Shown here: positions 1-13,500 of the stretch, one piece after another
How positions within the stretch are numbered: the first letter of the stretch is position 1
Layout: every line of letters starts with the position of its first letter
Assembly: GCA_000934665.2 (NCBI GenBank)
Contig: KZ538030.1
Location: 1-64,000, forward strand
DNA: 64,000 bases
Source of the DNA: Catajapyx aquilonaris
Taxonomy: Eukaryota
Reading direction: 5' to 3'
Program-made: the position numbers and the translations under genes
The notes under the pieces: generated by a model
What the model was told of the DNA's origin: nothing
The model's database searches: none
Seen by the model: the letters and a program-made list of their open reading frames with translations, nothing else

Positions 1-1525
1 GAGTGAACACAGATCAACAGTGCAAGTGTACAGAAGCGAAAAGAATAATGAAGAAGGAAGGAAGGAAATCAGCGAAGCATATCCGAGTTGACAATCCAGT
101 CGACAGACAATAATTTTAAACTCAAAAAAAATTATAAATTTTTTTCTTATTCCGAGTGTGTCGTGTGTGCACCGCGTGACATTCAACTATATTACATATA
201 ATAATAATAATGATAATAATAATAATAATTTATTTGCCGCCAAAGCAAAAATAAAAGTCTTCACCAGGTAACTCGCCATCTGAAGTACAGTTTCCTCCCT
301 TGACACATGATCGGAAACCAACCAGGACAGCTTTGCAAGGCCTCCTGTAAAATTGGTGTACCGGTGAGACCTACTCCGAACAAAAGAACCATACAAATGA
401 TAATAATAAGTTCATGTTCTCCTCGCCTCATACTTACATTACACCGAAGAAAAGCAGAGTTATGTGTGTCACTCTTCCTGTCAACATTTTCCCAAAAATC
501 TTTTACATTATTGGCTACATTTTTTAAAATTCTTCAAGTTCACACAAATTATTGCGTCTCTTTTTCCCAACACATTTTGTCAGCTCGAATTTAAAATCGC
601 TTCAAATAGCACGTTCGCTTTTGATTAGTAGCACTGAGTGAATGACTTGATTACCAAACACATTGCTATAGACTCTTCACATTATCATAAAGAAAACGTT
701 AACAACACGTTGCGCCAAACAGTTCAGAAGTAGTTATTTTTCCCTCACTTTTCACGGCTATTAATCTTCCTCATGGCAAAGTGACGGGTTAAGAAGAGAG
801 GAAGCGTCTTTAAAAAAACTTACTTCTTAAGTGACAGCTGCATGAGAGTCGTAATTTTTCTAAACGCTTGTGAACCGTCTGTGAAAGTCACTTTGCCACA
901 CATAGAACTCGTAATATGTGTGCCATGCCTATAATTCCCTCCACCAAAAAAAAATGTAAAAAACACTAATAAATCGTAAAAAAATAATTTTGACATATTT
1001 TTAATTTAGATATGTATTTTTTTGTTTAATCTCTATTTCTACCAGTCTCAGAGCCCGCTTGCACGGTAGTTCTGCGACCAGAGACATGTTTCCCAAGCAT
1101 CCCTTTGGTAGATGAATGTGTTTCTGCAGTTATTTTTTGGCAAGCCCCACGGAAGCCACATGCTTGGGTGGAAAAACTCTGGAATCAGAAGAAAGAGCAG
1201 CAGCCAAAATTCATAAAAATCTTCGCTTGTTTTTTTCCCATGTTCTTTGCCCTTCCCCGGTTCAAAAAGTCTTTAACCCCGAGGATAAATAACGACTCGG
1301 ATCTTCCAAGAACGGTCCGGTTAAATCCAATTTTGAAGAGCAATGGCTGCCCCTGCGGCGGCGCACAAAAGGCAACAGCTACATCAATTATCAACAAGTA
1401 CTACTGTCCCCATGGGCCTTTGTCTCTTCTCCTGCTGCTCTTCCTTTGTAATGGGCAAAAGGAGGTAAAGGTCGTCGGCTCAACCAGCGAGAGATATACC
1501 TGACACTCCTCCGCTTAGAATTTCA

Positions 1526-4500
1526 TTAGAAAGCTGCTGTGAATATACAAGGTGAGACAAAAGCTGCCAGTGAGTGGATAAACCAACTGGCAGGCAACAT
1601 TTGGGTGACACTGACCGGTTTAGCATTTTTTTGGCAAAATCTTAGACAACGATAGTTTTGTCATATCCCTTCCAAACGGAACAAAGCTTTTCCTAGACTC
1701 TGGAATAAATGGGTGCATGTGCCTCACTAATGTCTTCTGCTTTTGGGCCAACCCACATAAAAGTGTCACTCTTGCTGGTTGGACCTAGGGTTCCTTGCCC
1801 CCTCTTTAACCCAGTGTGCTTGTCCTACCTGGGCGACGCAGACTGGTCACTCCGTCGCCACCAGTGGGACTTCCAGCCTCCTCCTCCTCCTCAGGAATGG
1901 TGTACACCTCGCCTGGACTGTGGTCATAGTAAGGAATGGCAGGCAACAGACCAGCAGTGGATGTAGGTCCAGTTGGAGGGGCAGTGCCTGACCTCGAGGC
2001 AGAAGCCATTGTGACATGCTCCTCCTCGTCTTCCTCACCACTCTCGGTCTCCTCTCCTTTTTCCTCATCAGAATACTCAGCCTCTTCTCTCAACCTCTCA
2101 GTGACCCCGTCTTTTATAGCGGGTGTAACAGTCTTGGGGAGTTCGAACGATTCCTCCTCTAGTTCCTTCTCCTTGGCAGCTTGTTCTTCTTTGGCTGCCA
2201 TTTCTTTTTCTTCTGCCAACTGTCGTTCTCGTTCTCGTTCCATCTCCATCTCTCTTTCCTTTTGCATTTCCCTTTCCCACTCTCGCTCCATCTCCATCTC
2301 TCGCTCCAGTTCCCGCTCCCGCTCCCGCTCCCGCTCGCGTTCCCTTTCCCGCTCCAGCTCCCTTTCCCTCTCGCGTTCCATCTCACGCTCTCGCTCCATC
2401 TCTCTCTCACGCTCCCTCTCTAGCCGTTCCTTCTCCTTCTGCTGTTCCCGCTCCATCTCAGCAATTTCCCGTTCCCGCTCCCGCTCGCGTTCCCGTTCCC
2501 TATCCTGCTGCTGCCTTTCTCGCTCCCTTCCCCTTTCCTGTTCGATGGCTCGTCTCCTTATCTCCCATTCCTCTTCCTCGTCCTCCTCTTCCTCTTCCTC
2601 AATATCCTCCTCCTCCTCCGGTACCTCGTGGATAACGTAGCGGTCCACCAGCTCTTCCATACCCACCCGACCTCGACCCACCGTGACCTCTGTCACCTTC
2701 TCATCCTCTACCTCTTCCTCCTCCTCCTCCTCCTCCTCTACCTCCTCCATCTCCTCATCCTCCAACTCCTCCTCCTCCTCCTCCCTCGACTCTACCCTCT
2801 CTACCTCGTAGGTGAACTTTTCAACCGGAGGCGGCGCCTCAGGGCTGGTGACCTTCGCGTGACCTATGACCTCTCTACTATCTATCATGTCCGACCCTTC
2901 TTCCTCTGCCGGGGGGCTGACCCTGTCTGTTGGGGACCCCTCGTCGACCGGGGGAGAAGGTGACCTCTGACCCTGACCTACGTGCCCATTGGTCACCACC
3001 ACCGCCGCCGCCCCCTGTGACGATGAGGAAGGAGGTTGCGGATGGTACTCACGGTCGCGTTCCCCGTTGCGTCGTGCTTCCATCTCTGCCCGTCGGTGAG
3101 GGTCCCAGTCCTGTCGGGGGTCACATTGTATCAAGCTACTAGTGTCTAGAGGGAATGGGGGTTTCATAGGTCTAATAGCACACAAGGTGTCCAATAAATT
3201 TTTGTCGATGAATCACAATTGGAATCGGAAAACGGGATATGTTACAGAGAACACCGAAAGGCAGGGGGGTAAAAGAGATGCTGCCAATTCCTTGCTCGTT
3301 ACTAATATTGGCTTCCTGACACCCTGTATCGTCAGGGATTCGCCAATTGCACCTAACACCCTAGTTTTGTGTAAGTGCGATGCTCCTTGTGGCGTACAGA
3401 CAGGGTCAAAACAACACAGCACGTTTTCCGATTCCACGATTCACTTTTGTCTATTTTTTGGGGGGACACCCGGACACTCCAAAAAGGGACAAGAACACGT
3501 CTCCCAATATTGCAGTGTAAATCTCTTACCATTTGTGTCTGCATAGGATGCTGCTGAGTGCCCGGAGGTGGTTGTCGATTCGGGCCATAACCTGGAGGCC
3601 ACATGGGTTGCTGGCCTCTCCGTCGTTTGAAGCACACGTTGCAAACCCATTCAGGACGCTGAAACGGACCAGAGAGAAACGGGTTGGGTGCTGAGTGAAT
3701 AGCCCTTAGACACTAGGGATTTTTTGACACTTTGAGAGCCAACGACGCCTGCTCTTAATCCTGTGCGGTCTGCTCCCAATGAGAGTGGGGGTTTCGCCTG
3801 CCTTCTCGCATTTATTTTCATTCTTTTCGCCTGGTCGAGTCCTTTCCAACTAATGGAAGACCTCGTTGGGTCCCCTGCATCAAGTGTATTACAGACAATG
3901 CAGGAGTGCAGGAGAAAAGCCCATTCTGCCGTCCCAAGGTGAAACACAATATCTACAAAACTATAAGGGTGAACGTTGCATACAACGCCCTACACTAATC
4001 CCTCATGAGTCAGGTAGGATTAGTGCAGGGCATGCATGCAACTTTCACCCTTACTAGTTTTGTAGATAGAGTGTTTCTCTTTGGGACGGCAGCGTTGTTG
4101 CCATGTCTTTTATCATTTTGTGAAATGAAGCTGGCTTGGCATCTCAGTGTCTGCAGCCGTCTCTTCGGAGGCCAATAAGACTTTTTGGACGAAAAGTACT
4201 CTACCAAAAAGTTTTAGGTTAGGCAGGTCCTGTCTTGGAGTGACGTCTGAGTAGAGTGGAAGAGTTTGAGAGAAAAAGTAGGAGGGGGAGGAAAAAAGGG
4301 TCCGATAATAATCCATCTGAACTCATACACGAGATGGCTATTATGGAAGTTGGAGGAATTGCTCCCAATTTTTCTTCAGAGGAATGATAAATGACTTGTT
4401 TCCAGGATTTCCAAAAATTTCATTTCTCACTTCCGACTCCCGGATCATTATTAAGGCTTTATCCGTTTCAGCTTCAATTGTATGGCCAGCTAAAATTGTG

Positions 4501-7500
4501 TACAATTTTTTAAAATTAAAATAATTTAACGACGTCGTATTAACAGTTAATTCCTCCTAGTCTGACCCATAAAGCTATTTCTACATCCAATTTTGGTGTC
4601 TGGCATCGATGCTAGACTATCGCAGTGTCAGGTTCTATAGGCCAACCGATACTTTATAGCCGTTCATAATGACCAGTCATTTCTCAATCCCTTCCATACC
4701 CTGCATCGCTGCCACCATCAATCTGGATGCTGTCCTCCAGCATTATAAAACCGCGCAAGAAATGATTGATGATCAGTCGTTACAGGTGTCTAACACTGTC
4801 GCGTGCAAGAAAGGAGACGATGGCTTGTCCCTTCTGACCTGACGACTATGTCTTTCGACCAATCTTCAGTCCACTCAGAAGCCAAAGCCTTATTTGAATA
4901 ATTCAGGAGAAGAAAAGAGGATAAAAAATGGGGCAGTGGTCGCTACATCGCGGCCATGTTTTTTTTGACAGGGTTGGAAATACAGTTCAAAAGCAAGGAT
5001 GTGCTAATACTTGCAAATCTAACCCACAGCTTGAAGCTATACGTGCTGGCAGAATATGCATCGAATTTGCACATCCAACAAGTGCCAAAGTGTTTTTTTT
5101 CTTCTCTAACTCTGCGCTTCTTTCATTGCATTGAAAGTGACGTCGGATCGTTTCTAAGCCCTGGAAAATGTACCGTGGGCTTGTCTTTCAAAGCCTAGGA
5201 AGAGAATGGCGATCCCCCTGGGATGTAGCAGGGAACAGCCAGGAAATTTGCATACCCTTGCTGCTCGTGGACGGCTATTTCGAACCTTATGAAATATTCA
5301 TCATTAGTCATTCGCCTTTAGTGTTCTTTATTTTTTCGCCATCTCTCCAAGGCTAGGAACGGTGGAAGAAGAAGATGGCGGAGAAAATTTCTAGTCCTTT
5401 AAAACTTTTTTTTCCAGAAAAAACCTTTCACCACTTTTAGCTAATAAAATCGCTAGCTACGACTGAAGTTTGGGCAAAATGAATGTCCGGTGACAAAAAT
5501 CACTGCGCTCTCTATGTACAGTCATACAAACATATTATCCGCCCGATAACCTCGAGATGAATGAGAGCAAGACATGTCTTCCAGTTCCACTCGAGTGGAC
5601 ACAACGAATGGCAACGGGCCAATTGCGATAACCCTACCGAAACCCAACAAAATGGGGATGAAAGATAATAAGTGATGTGACCCCATCATGTTTGTGCCCC
5701 CAACAACATACATTAGCGGTGTAATGTGTGCAATTTGCATGAGGACAGATAAAAAGTGTACACACCCCACTGTATATTACGACCTTAATTAATTGTGCTA
5801 ACGTCACAACATGCGCATTTTGTAACTGTTTGTCGCATATTTTGCACAAATATTTTTCGGGTTGACAGTTTCAAAATCTAATTTTTTTTTCCTTATAAAA
5901 AAGCCCATACCGGTCGGATATCCGACACCTCCCACCTCTGTCCTCAACCTTCCACGTCGTATGTCAGCGTTCGTTAACTCCTTTTCGTGTCGAGCATCGT
6001 GCAGTGCTCGCGAATAGATTGTAACCACGTCAGGTGTCGTCGACTGAAAGATCAATGCAAAGTCTAGGGAGGTACAGGGGGAGCTATAGAAAGAAGAAAA
6101 AAAATCAACCGATATAGCTACCTCTCTGTAAATCAATATTAGGCGGTAACGTCTTTGCCCACAAATTTGCATATCCGAGACAATCATGGAAAGCTTAAAA
6201 CCACATACGCATTCCGCCACGAATTATTCATCAACCTAGTTCATTAATTTTCACCCCACTAATGATAGGAATCGATGTCAGAGAGAAAAGACCTGGAGAG
6301 TGAAGGACTTGAATCTAATTTTACACTTTCCTGACTTCGCAACAAAGTGAGGCACACAAGTTTTCGGATGAGGATTTTGCTACAATCGATTCTCTTCCTT
6401 CCTCGTTTTTTTGTGTTTTCGAAACTGGATTAATGGGTTAAGCCAAGGGGAAATCAGTGAGTAATACTTCCTCTCATTGCACAGTCAACACTGCTTAAGG
6501 CTCAGGTCATGGTTGCTTAGAATAATTCGGTTACGTCCGCTTCGAAAACTTTGGCCACTCCTGAAGAAATAACTGGCTTAACTGGTTTGGTTCTTCGAGT
6601 GACATTTGGCACTCAATATTTTCAATTAATTCGAGTGTCTACATTAATAGAAATGAGTCTGCCTCCCATCCTGGTGCTATTGTTGGAGTAGAAATCCTCA
6701 CAATGATTCAGAAGAAAAAAGTCACACAAAGAGAAATGATGGTAAACGTTGAAGCAAAGGTTAGGGTGAAAGGGAGACCCCACCAAAAAAAACGAAGAAA
6801 AGAAGGAAAGGCAAGGCTGCAGTGTTTGGATGAGAAAGACGCCGAGCCGTCTGGCGAGAGAGTGCAATTCCCCATTTTGAAAGGAACCATCTCTCTTCCT
6901 GACAAGGAAGATGGGCGAGTCAGGACTCCCCTTCTTTCTCTATAGTGCTCGAGAAAACACGAATATTACCCCTCGTGGCCAGCAAAGGTGAACGTTGGTT
7001 GGGGGGGTTCGAAGGCCTTTGCCAATTTCACCACCATTTTTTGAACCTGGAGAAATCTAACGGATGGCCAGCCATACACAACAGAGCTTATGTGAGCAGG
7101 AAGAAAAGGGGACGGTGGTGACACGCTCTCAGGCTATCGATGCGACAATGCAAAGAAAAATTCGAAACATACGAACAACGAAAAAGACATTCAGAAACTA
7201 TTTGGTGAAAATGCTAAGCTTTTGAAAAGAAAAAAAAAAAACATCGATTCTCCAAATTCCATGAAAATACATTTTGAACACCAACTGTCATTGATGAGCG
7301 TTTTGAGGAACATTAAAAGTAAAAAAAAAAAAATTGTGAGTAATACAATACAATACGTAGTATGAGAGAAATGTAAGAAAAATAATTTTTAAATATTACA
7401 ATAAAGTTTTGGTAAATTTTTGCCCCATTCCCTATCCACACCTATTAGTGGAGAGAAATTTTAAACGTGTACTTAGCAAACAGAAAACTTCAGGAAATTT

Positions 7501-10500
7501 TGAACATCGCGAGTACGACCGAAGTTGTTAGTTCCTTGCTCACAAAGTGTCTCACGCATTTAGTCAATTAAACGAGGCCATGAAAATGTGTACAGTGCGT
7601 TTATTAAGGGGAACCAGAGAGCTCTTTGAAAAGCTTGCTAAAACTGCATTACGCAACTCAGAGTTTTTTGCTAAAAAGTAGGGCTGGTTTGTTTTAATTA
7701 TTTCCCTGAGAGGTCCGCGAATAACACAAAGCTCGCCGAAAATTTGGGTTATGAGGGTTGGGTTCGCGAAAACTATGCAAGCGACTGGGAAATGTAGAAC
7801 CGTCTGCATGAAATTCCGTCCGCTTTTGCTAATTATAGAAGTACAAAGCAGACGTACGCCTTTCCTTTTGCGATGTCAGTTGGTGGACGGATCTTTTGCA
7901 TGGACGACACCTGCAGAATTTCTAGAGGTTGCGAAGAATTCGTGTATACTAAATTTTGGTTCAGGTTATCTCCCAAATGAAAACTGCGACCTTTCTAATT
8001 TTTGAACGACCGTAAACATCACGTTACTATCCCCATAGCAAGTAGCTAGCGTCCAAATTGTGCGAAAATGAGCAACCGAAATATCTACATGGCGCCTTAT
8101 CGACGAGGTCTGATCGTCGTAATTGACGCCCGGCAGGACCAAATTAATATGGGAGGACATTAGCAAGGGGGTGATTATCGGGCTGGTTGGACCACCGGGA
8201 GATATTTATCCCAGGCGTGAATCTAACCGGAAATTAGATGAGCAAGTTTGCACACTCACCTTTAGGTTGGGGTTCGGTACGGTGCTGGAACAGTTGGCAC
8301 AGACGAGATTCCTGCAGTCGACACACTCTTGGCCCGGTGGACTGTCCCTTCCGGACACCTGAGGACAAGTGACGACATGTTAATTCCAGTTAACATATTA
8401 ATGAGAAGAGAAAAGAAAAATTATTCTCCACACGAGCTAGGTAGACAAACTGTTCTACCTGCTCAACCGGTTGCTCTCGTATCATAAAATGCTTCAGAAA
8501 AATTAATTTGGTCAGCTAAACTCTCAATTATTTTGAGTGAAAATTTCAACTCCATAAATATGTAGAAAATTTAAACTCAACTTGAGCGATTTTTCGAAGA
8601 GGTCACTAATTGCAACTTACACAAAAAATCTGCTCAGCTTTTTTTTTGCGAATCCATCATTGGAGGTAGAGTTTCATTACAAACGCGTTATCTCTCTCCC
8701 ACGGCCCTAATTTTAAAAGTTTGGACGACCCCGGTGCTTAGCAAAATTGGATAAGTGCGAAGAGCAAAAACGGGGGAGAAAACAGCGGCAGTGTCATTAC
8801 GCCAAATCCGATGGATTTGGCAAATGGACAGTCTGATGACATGTAAATTCCACTGGTTGGGGGGAAAGGCTTAGAGAGCTGCAGTTCTGTCCAAGGAAGG
8901 GGGAAAAAATTGTAGTTTACAATCCAGTGTTTTTGGAAATTAGGTCGGAGCATTTACTGTGCCGATATCGATGCTGCAATGTTTAGTTGTAATCCCGGTC
9001 AGAATTTGTAATACGCGGCCATGAAACTTCAGGATTATTGTCAAAAAAACATTTGCCTGTCAGGTAATACTGTACGGTGAGGTTGACCAACAATGATATT
9101 TTGTCATACTGTAGTGCCTGGATAAAGTTCCACGCTAATTTATTCGCATTGTGTACTGTACAGGAAGGTTGTTTTTATTTGTGCAGTTTACTTTCTCCTG
9201 TGTTTAGTTAATGCTTCAAACCCACTTTTTGACATTAATTTTGTTCGTTTTGTTTCCTAGACAAATTATTATTATTTAAAATTCAATATTTTTCGATAAA
9301 CTGCAACTGTAGCCTATGAAACTAGGACAGCTAATTTTATGCAAAATAATAGTTATTTGTACATAATTGCAATTATTTTAGGAATGGGGTTTACGGCTTT
9401 TTCACAAAAAATTTCGTTTCATATTCATTTCAAAAATATTTTCATTTAATATTCATTTCAAAAATATTTTCATTTAATATTCATTTCAAAAATATTTTCA
9501 TTTCATATTAATTACCAAGCATTTAGGCTCTTTATTAATTATTTGACTTTGAAAATTCGGGCTAGGTATAACCTCCTTTAAAAAATCGCTAAATTTTCAA
9601 ATGTGCAATATTTCTCCAAGTCATGTTGCATCCATTACATGCCCGCAAAATTTCCTAATCCACGTACCCGAAACAGACATGAGATAAATGCAAGCAGCCG
9701 TTAGCTAGATGGCCGTTTGGCACTTTCACCTCCAATTCCGCCTCTTCGCCACTCGCCCCAGAGCCAAGCTATGCATTTTTATGGGAAGTCCCTGGAAAAT
9801 GAAGCAGCCATTTTTTTCTCTTTTTTGGGGGGAGAGAAGGCCTGGAAAAAGGAGCGTCGACCTCTAACAAAGTTACCTCCTACCCCATGCCATCCACTCC
9901 CCCCCAGTTCCTCCCATCAACCTTTATTTTCTTTGTCGCCCAACATTCTACATACCCACCAGACTATATACATACACATTTTATCCACTAAAATCCGCAC
10001 CATATCTTCCTTTCGAGACCTGTAAATCCTTCCTAAGAGGCCGCTTAAACTTCACCATCTTTTATTAAAAGTGTTATTCTTTTTTTCCTTCTGGATGACC
10101 ACCCCATTTCAAGAGTCTATATATGCAGTGGAGGACACCTATAGTGCCATTGAAATGGTGCAGTTTTTTTAAGTTTTCGCAGAGGCTGCTAAGGGCAAAG
10201 AGGACGAGTCAGCTCTAAAAGGAAGTGTTTGGCCTCAGGGACGTGTCATGTTTGCGTCGGAAAATGAAATTATGGCTGTGAAGTAACAAAATCTTGGTTG
10301 GCTGACGGAACGGGGGGAAAAAACTGTAACAAGTTCAAACTGTTAAATTGAGCCAACCGAAAACATACATTTTTTTAAACCAGTAAAAATTAATAACTTA
10401 CGTCTCTAACGTGGCATAAAGCACAAAGTCTCATTCCAGACTCTGTCGCAGAGTATGGACCTTTCCCAGGTGGTTGTTGCGGTTGTTGCTGTTGCTGCGG

Positions 10501-13500
10501 AGGTGCGTGTGGACCCATACCTCGGTCCATCTCTCTGGAAATTGAAAGCAGATTCCTCTTTAATTATGGATTGCATAAAAAGCTGGATATCGCCTATACG
10601 CATGTTTTAAGGGCATGCGGTACTCTAGAATATGATTGGCGGGCTTTATTCTGGCTAATTATGCTACCGCTTTTGTTCATGTCTCGTATAATTTTCGGAA
10701 CGTAACCTAATGCGGGCTGTGCCACTTTGGGTTGAGCTAAAGTATAGAAATTTTAGAGCCAAAATCCACATACCTCTGGCCAACATGTAGGTAAAAATTC
10801 CCCCAATTAAGTATTACAAAATGACCTTTCAATTATGAAGTGCCATAACATATTTGCTATAAAACGAGAGCCCCTTTATGACTCGAGCACTCTCAATTTG
10901 GCCCATACTTTTCATCAACGCAAACTCGCACATATGCTCATCTTTTGCATTAAAATGCAGAGTTCATAAGCTAATCCTGGAGAGTAATGCTGGTCATCAT
11001 CTTCCATTTTCCCCACACCTCTAGAAGTAGTGATATAACTCAAACTCTGTGGTGTCCCACGACGCCTTGGTAATGGCCAAGTTGCAAGCCCCCATATTTA
11101 ACCCACTATAGTGCACTCTGGCATAGTACCAAAAAAAAAACCTTGGGGACAACAAACTACAAATTTTTTGTAGCAAAGACCTTACTTCGAAATTCATCGA
11201 ATCTCTCAAAGTCTATTTAGGCGGCGCTTAAAATTAAAGGGTAGTAACCGCCTTTCCTTTTCTTAGGCCCGGTTGTTGGGTTTCTTCCAAGTAGATATAA
11301 TTTATAATTGCTTTCCAGGACATTCCACTCTGGTCCTATCGATTTTGTCTGGTCCTCATAATTTTTTGGGGGGAAAGAGACGGGTTTGGAATACGGGATT
11401 TCCGGATGGGTCGTGTCTGGAATGATTCATAAAACTACAACCGCAAGCCAAGTTGGTACTAACGTGTAGTGCATGACCGGATAACTGGATGCAGAACTCT
11501 CTGTAATTCTTTGCTTTATTTTCTCAACTTCCAGTAAGATGAGTCTGGCCTAATAATGAAAGTGCTAATCAAATGTCGTTTTATTTATTTGTTCATTTAT
11601 TTGACCATTACAAAGAGCATAATTTTATTCACTTGTCATTTTAACATTGTGATAGGTGAATAATATATCCATGTATTCATTTTGAAGCATAAAATGCACT
11701 TTAAAATTCACAATGTCAAAAAATCGTATGTTTATGTATTAAAATGAATAAAGTGAAATATTATTCACATATCACAATTTCAAGGTGGAAAGTGAATAAA
11801 AATGCATTCCAGGTTTTCAACTTATGAGTGTAATTATTATTTTTGTTATAATGTCAATACACGAATCGGCTGTATTTTTGATCGAAGCATTACCCGATTT
11901 GAACCGCTGGAAATGTGCATGAATGTTGCAATTATTGGACTTTTATCAGCTTGTTCAAAGGTCATTTAAAATAGTTCCTGTAAACAAACCGCATGTTCCG
12001 CCTATTTGATTGACGTCATGCTATAGCTCCGATTCGAGTCTATTGAAATAGTTTATCTGCTTAAATCTCACTCGTACACTACTATTTTAACACCCTGTTT
12101 CACGGGTCATTTTCGATTTGTAATTCGTAATGTACACGTATTTTACATACACACCCACATAATTTGTTGCTATTCATTCGCATTTATCATTGATTGAATC
12201 AAACTTTTACTCCTTGTCACACGATTTAATCACTTCCAACCAACAAAAAGGCAGTTCCCCCCATTTAATACCGGAAAGTACTGTCGTACAGCCCCGCAAT
12301 AATTTCTCCAGAAAAGAAAAGAAATCCAACACACAAGTTGTCTCTCCAGCAATGGTCCTGCCAGTAATTAACAGAGGTCGTTGATGCCCCTTTTTTGTGT
12401 TAAGGATCTAAAACGGCTTGTTCCTCGAGTCTGAACAAGATTTATGATCCACTATGGTGTCCAAAAAGAAAATGGGTCATGAGAGAAGACGACTGTTCCT
12501 TACTTGCAACCCACCCACCCACCTTCAACATTTAAAAAAATCCTCAGTTCCCCTGTTAATCTTTGAGTGCGGGCGCCCTCACAAATTGCTCAATTAGTGC
12601 ACTCCACTTACTACCTCATTCCACAAGGGTCAAATTAGAAAATCAATATGAACAGCACCCAACTTGCGATACCAGCCTGATACACTATATTTTATTTAGA
12701 CCCTACCTGTACATATACTCGACGGAAAATACGCCACGTTTTTTTTCCGTCTCCTGCAACAGCTTAAAAGTTCAGTACCCTGTACTTTTTGTGTCGACTT
12801 TTTGGAAGCGAAATTTCCTCCAGGGGCAGGCTGTAGCAATAGAGATAAACGCTCCTGGAAAAAAGGATACTGTTGGGTAGGTTTATAACGCCCGGTACTT
12901 TTGGAACATGATGGCCCCAACGGATGATAAAAAATATATATAACGGAGGAGTCTTTACAGATGAGACGTTGCGTGCGATCAGGAACAGCAATCCTGAACA
13001 GAGTGTAAGTACAATCTGGGACAATTTCCTTCCAGGCCATTTGGTCCCTTCGCTTTTTGTCTGGTCTCCATGTGAAAAATTGCTGGGAAGTCAAAGGAGT
13101 CGTTTTTAGGGGGAAAAGAGGAAAGGATTTGGCATGGGGGTGATGGATCGTTTTGTTCGGCTTTGAATAAAACCGAGGGATGTGGTAAGAAACTGATAAG
13201 GTAAAACAGAGGTTGACATTAATTTAAGTCATACTGTTTTAAAATTATACTAGAAAAAACCTGTCGGATTTTCGGCCAGTTGTTTACTCTCCTCCCGCAA
13301 GCTCACGACTGAATGGTTCCTCCACCCATTACGCATGCGCAGGACGTGGGCCAATCGGAATCGTCGCGGTAACAGTATGCGGCGGACCAATCAGAAGGCT
13401 CATACATACAACACGAATATGAGTTTTAACATTATAAATGCAGTGTTTGCGAGTTTTATTGAACGATCCGTTGACTATCAGTTAATGAGATATTTGTGTG

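Noticed and set aside
1936..2963. Plus-strand Ser/Arg-rich and Leu-rich ORFs (234 aa, 111 aa)
   Set aside because: Antisense shadows of the Glu/Arg-rich minus-strand exon.
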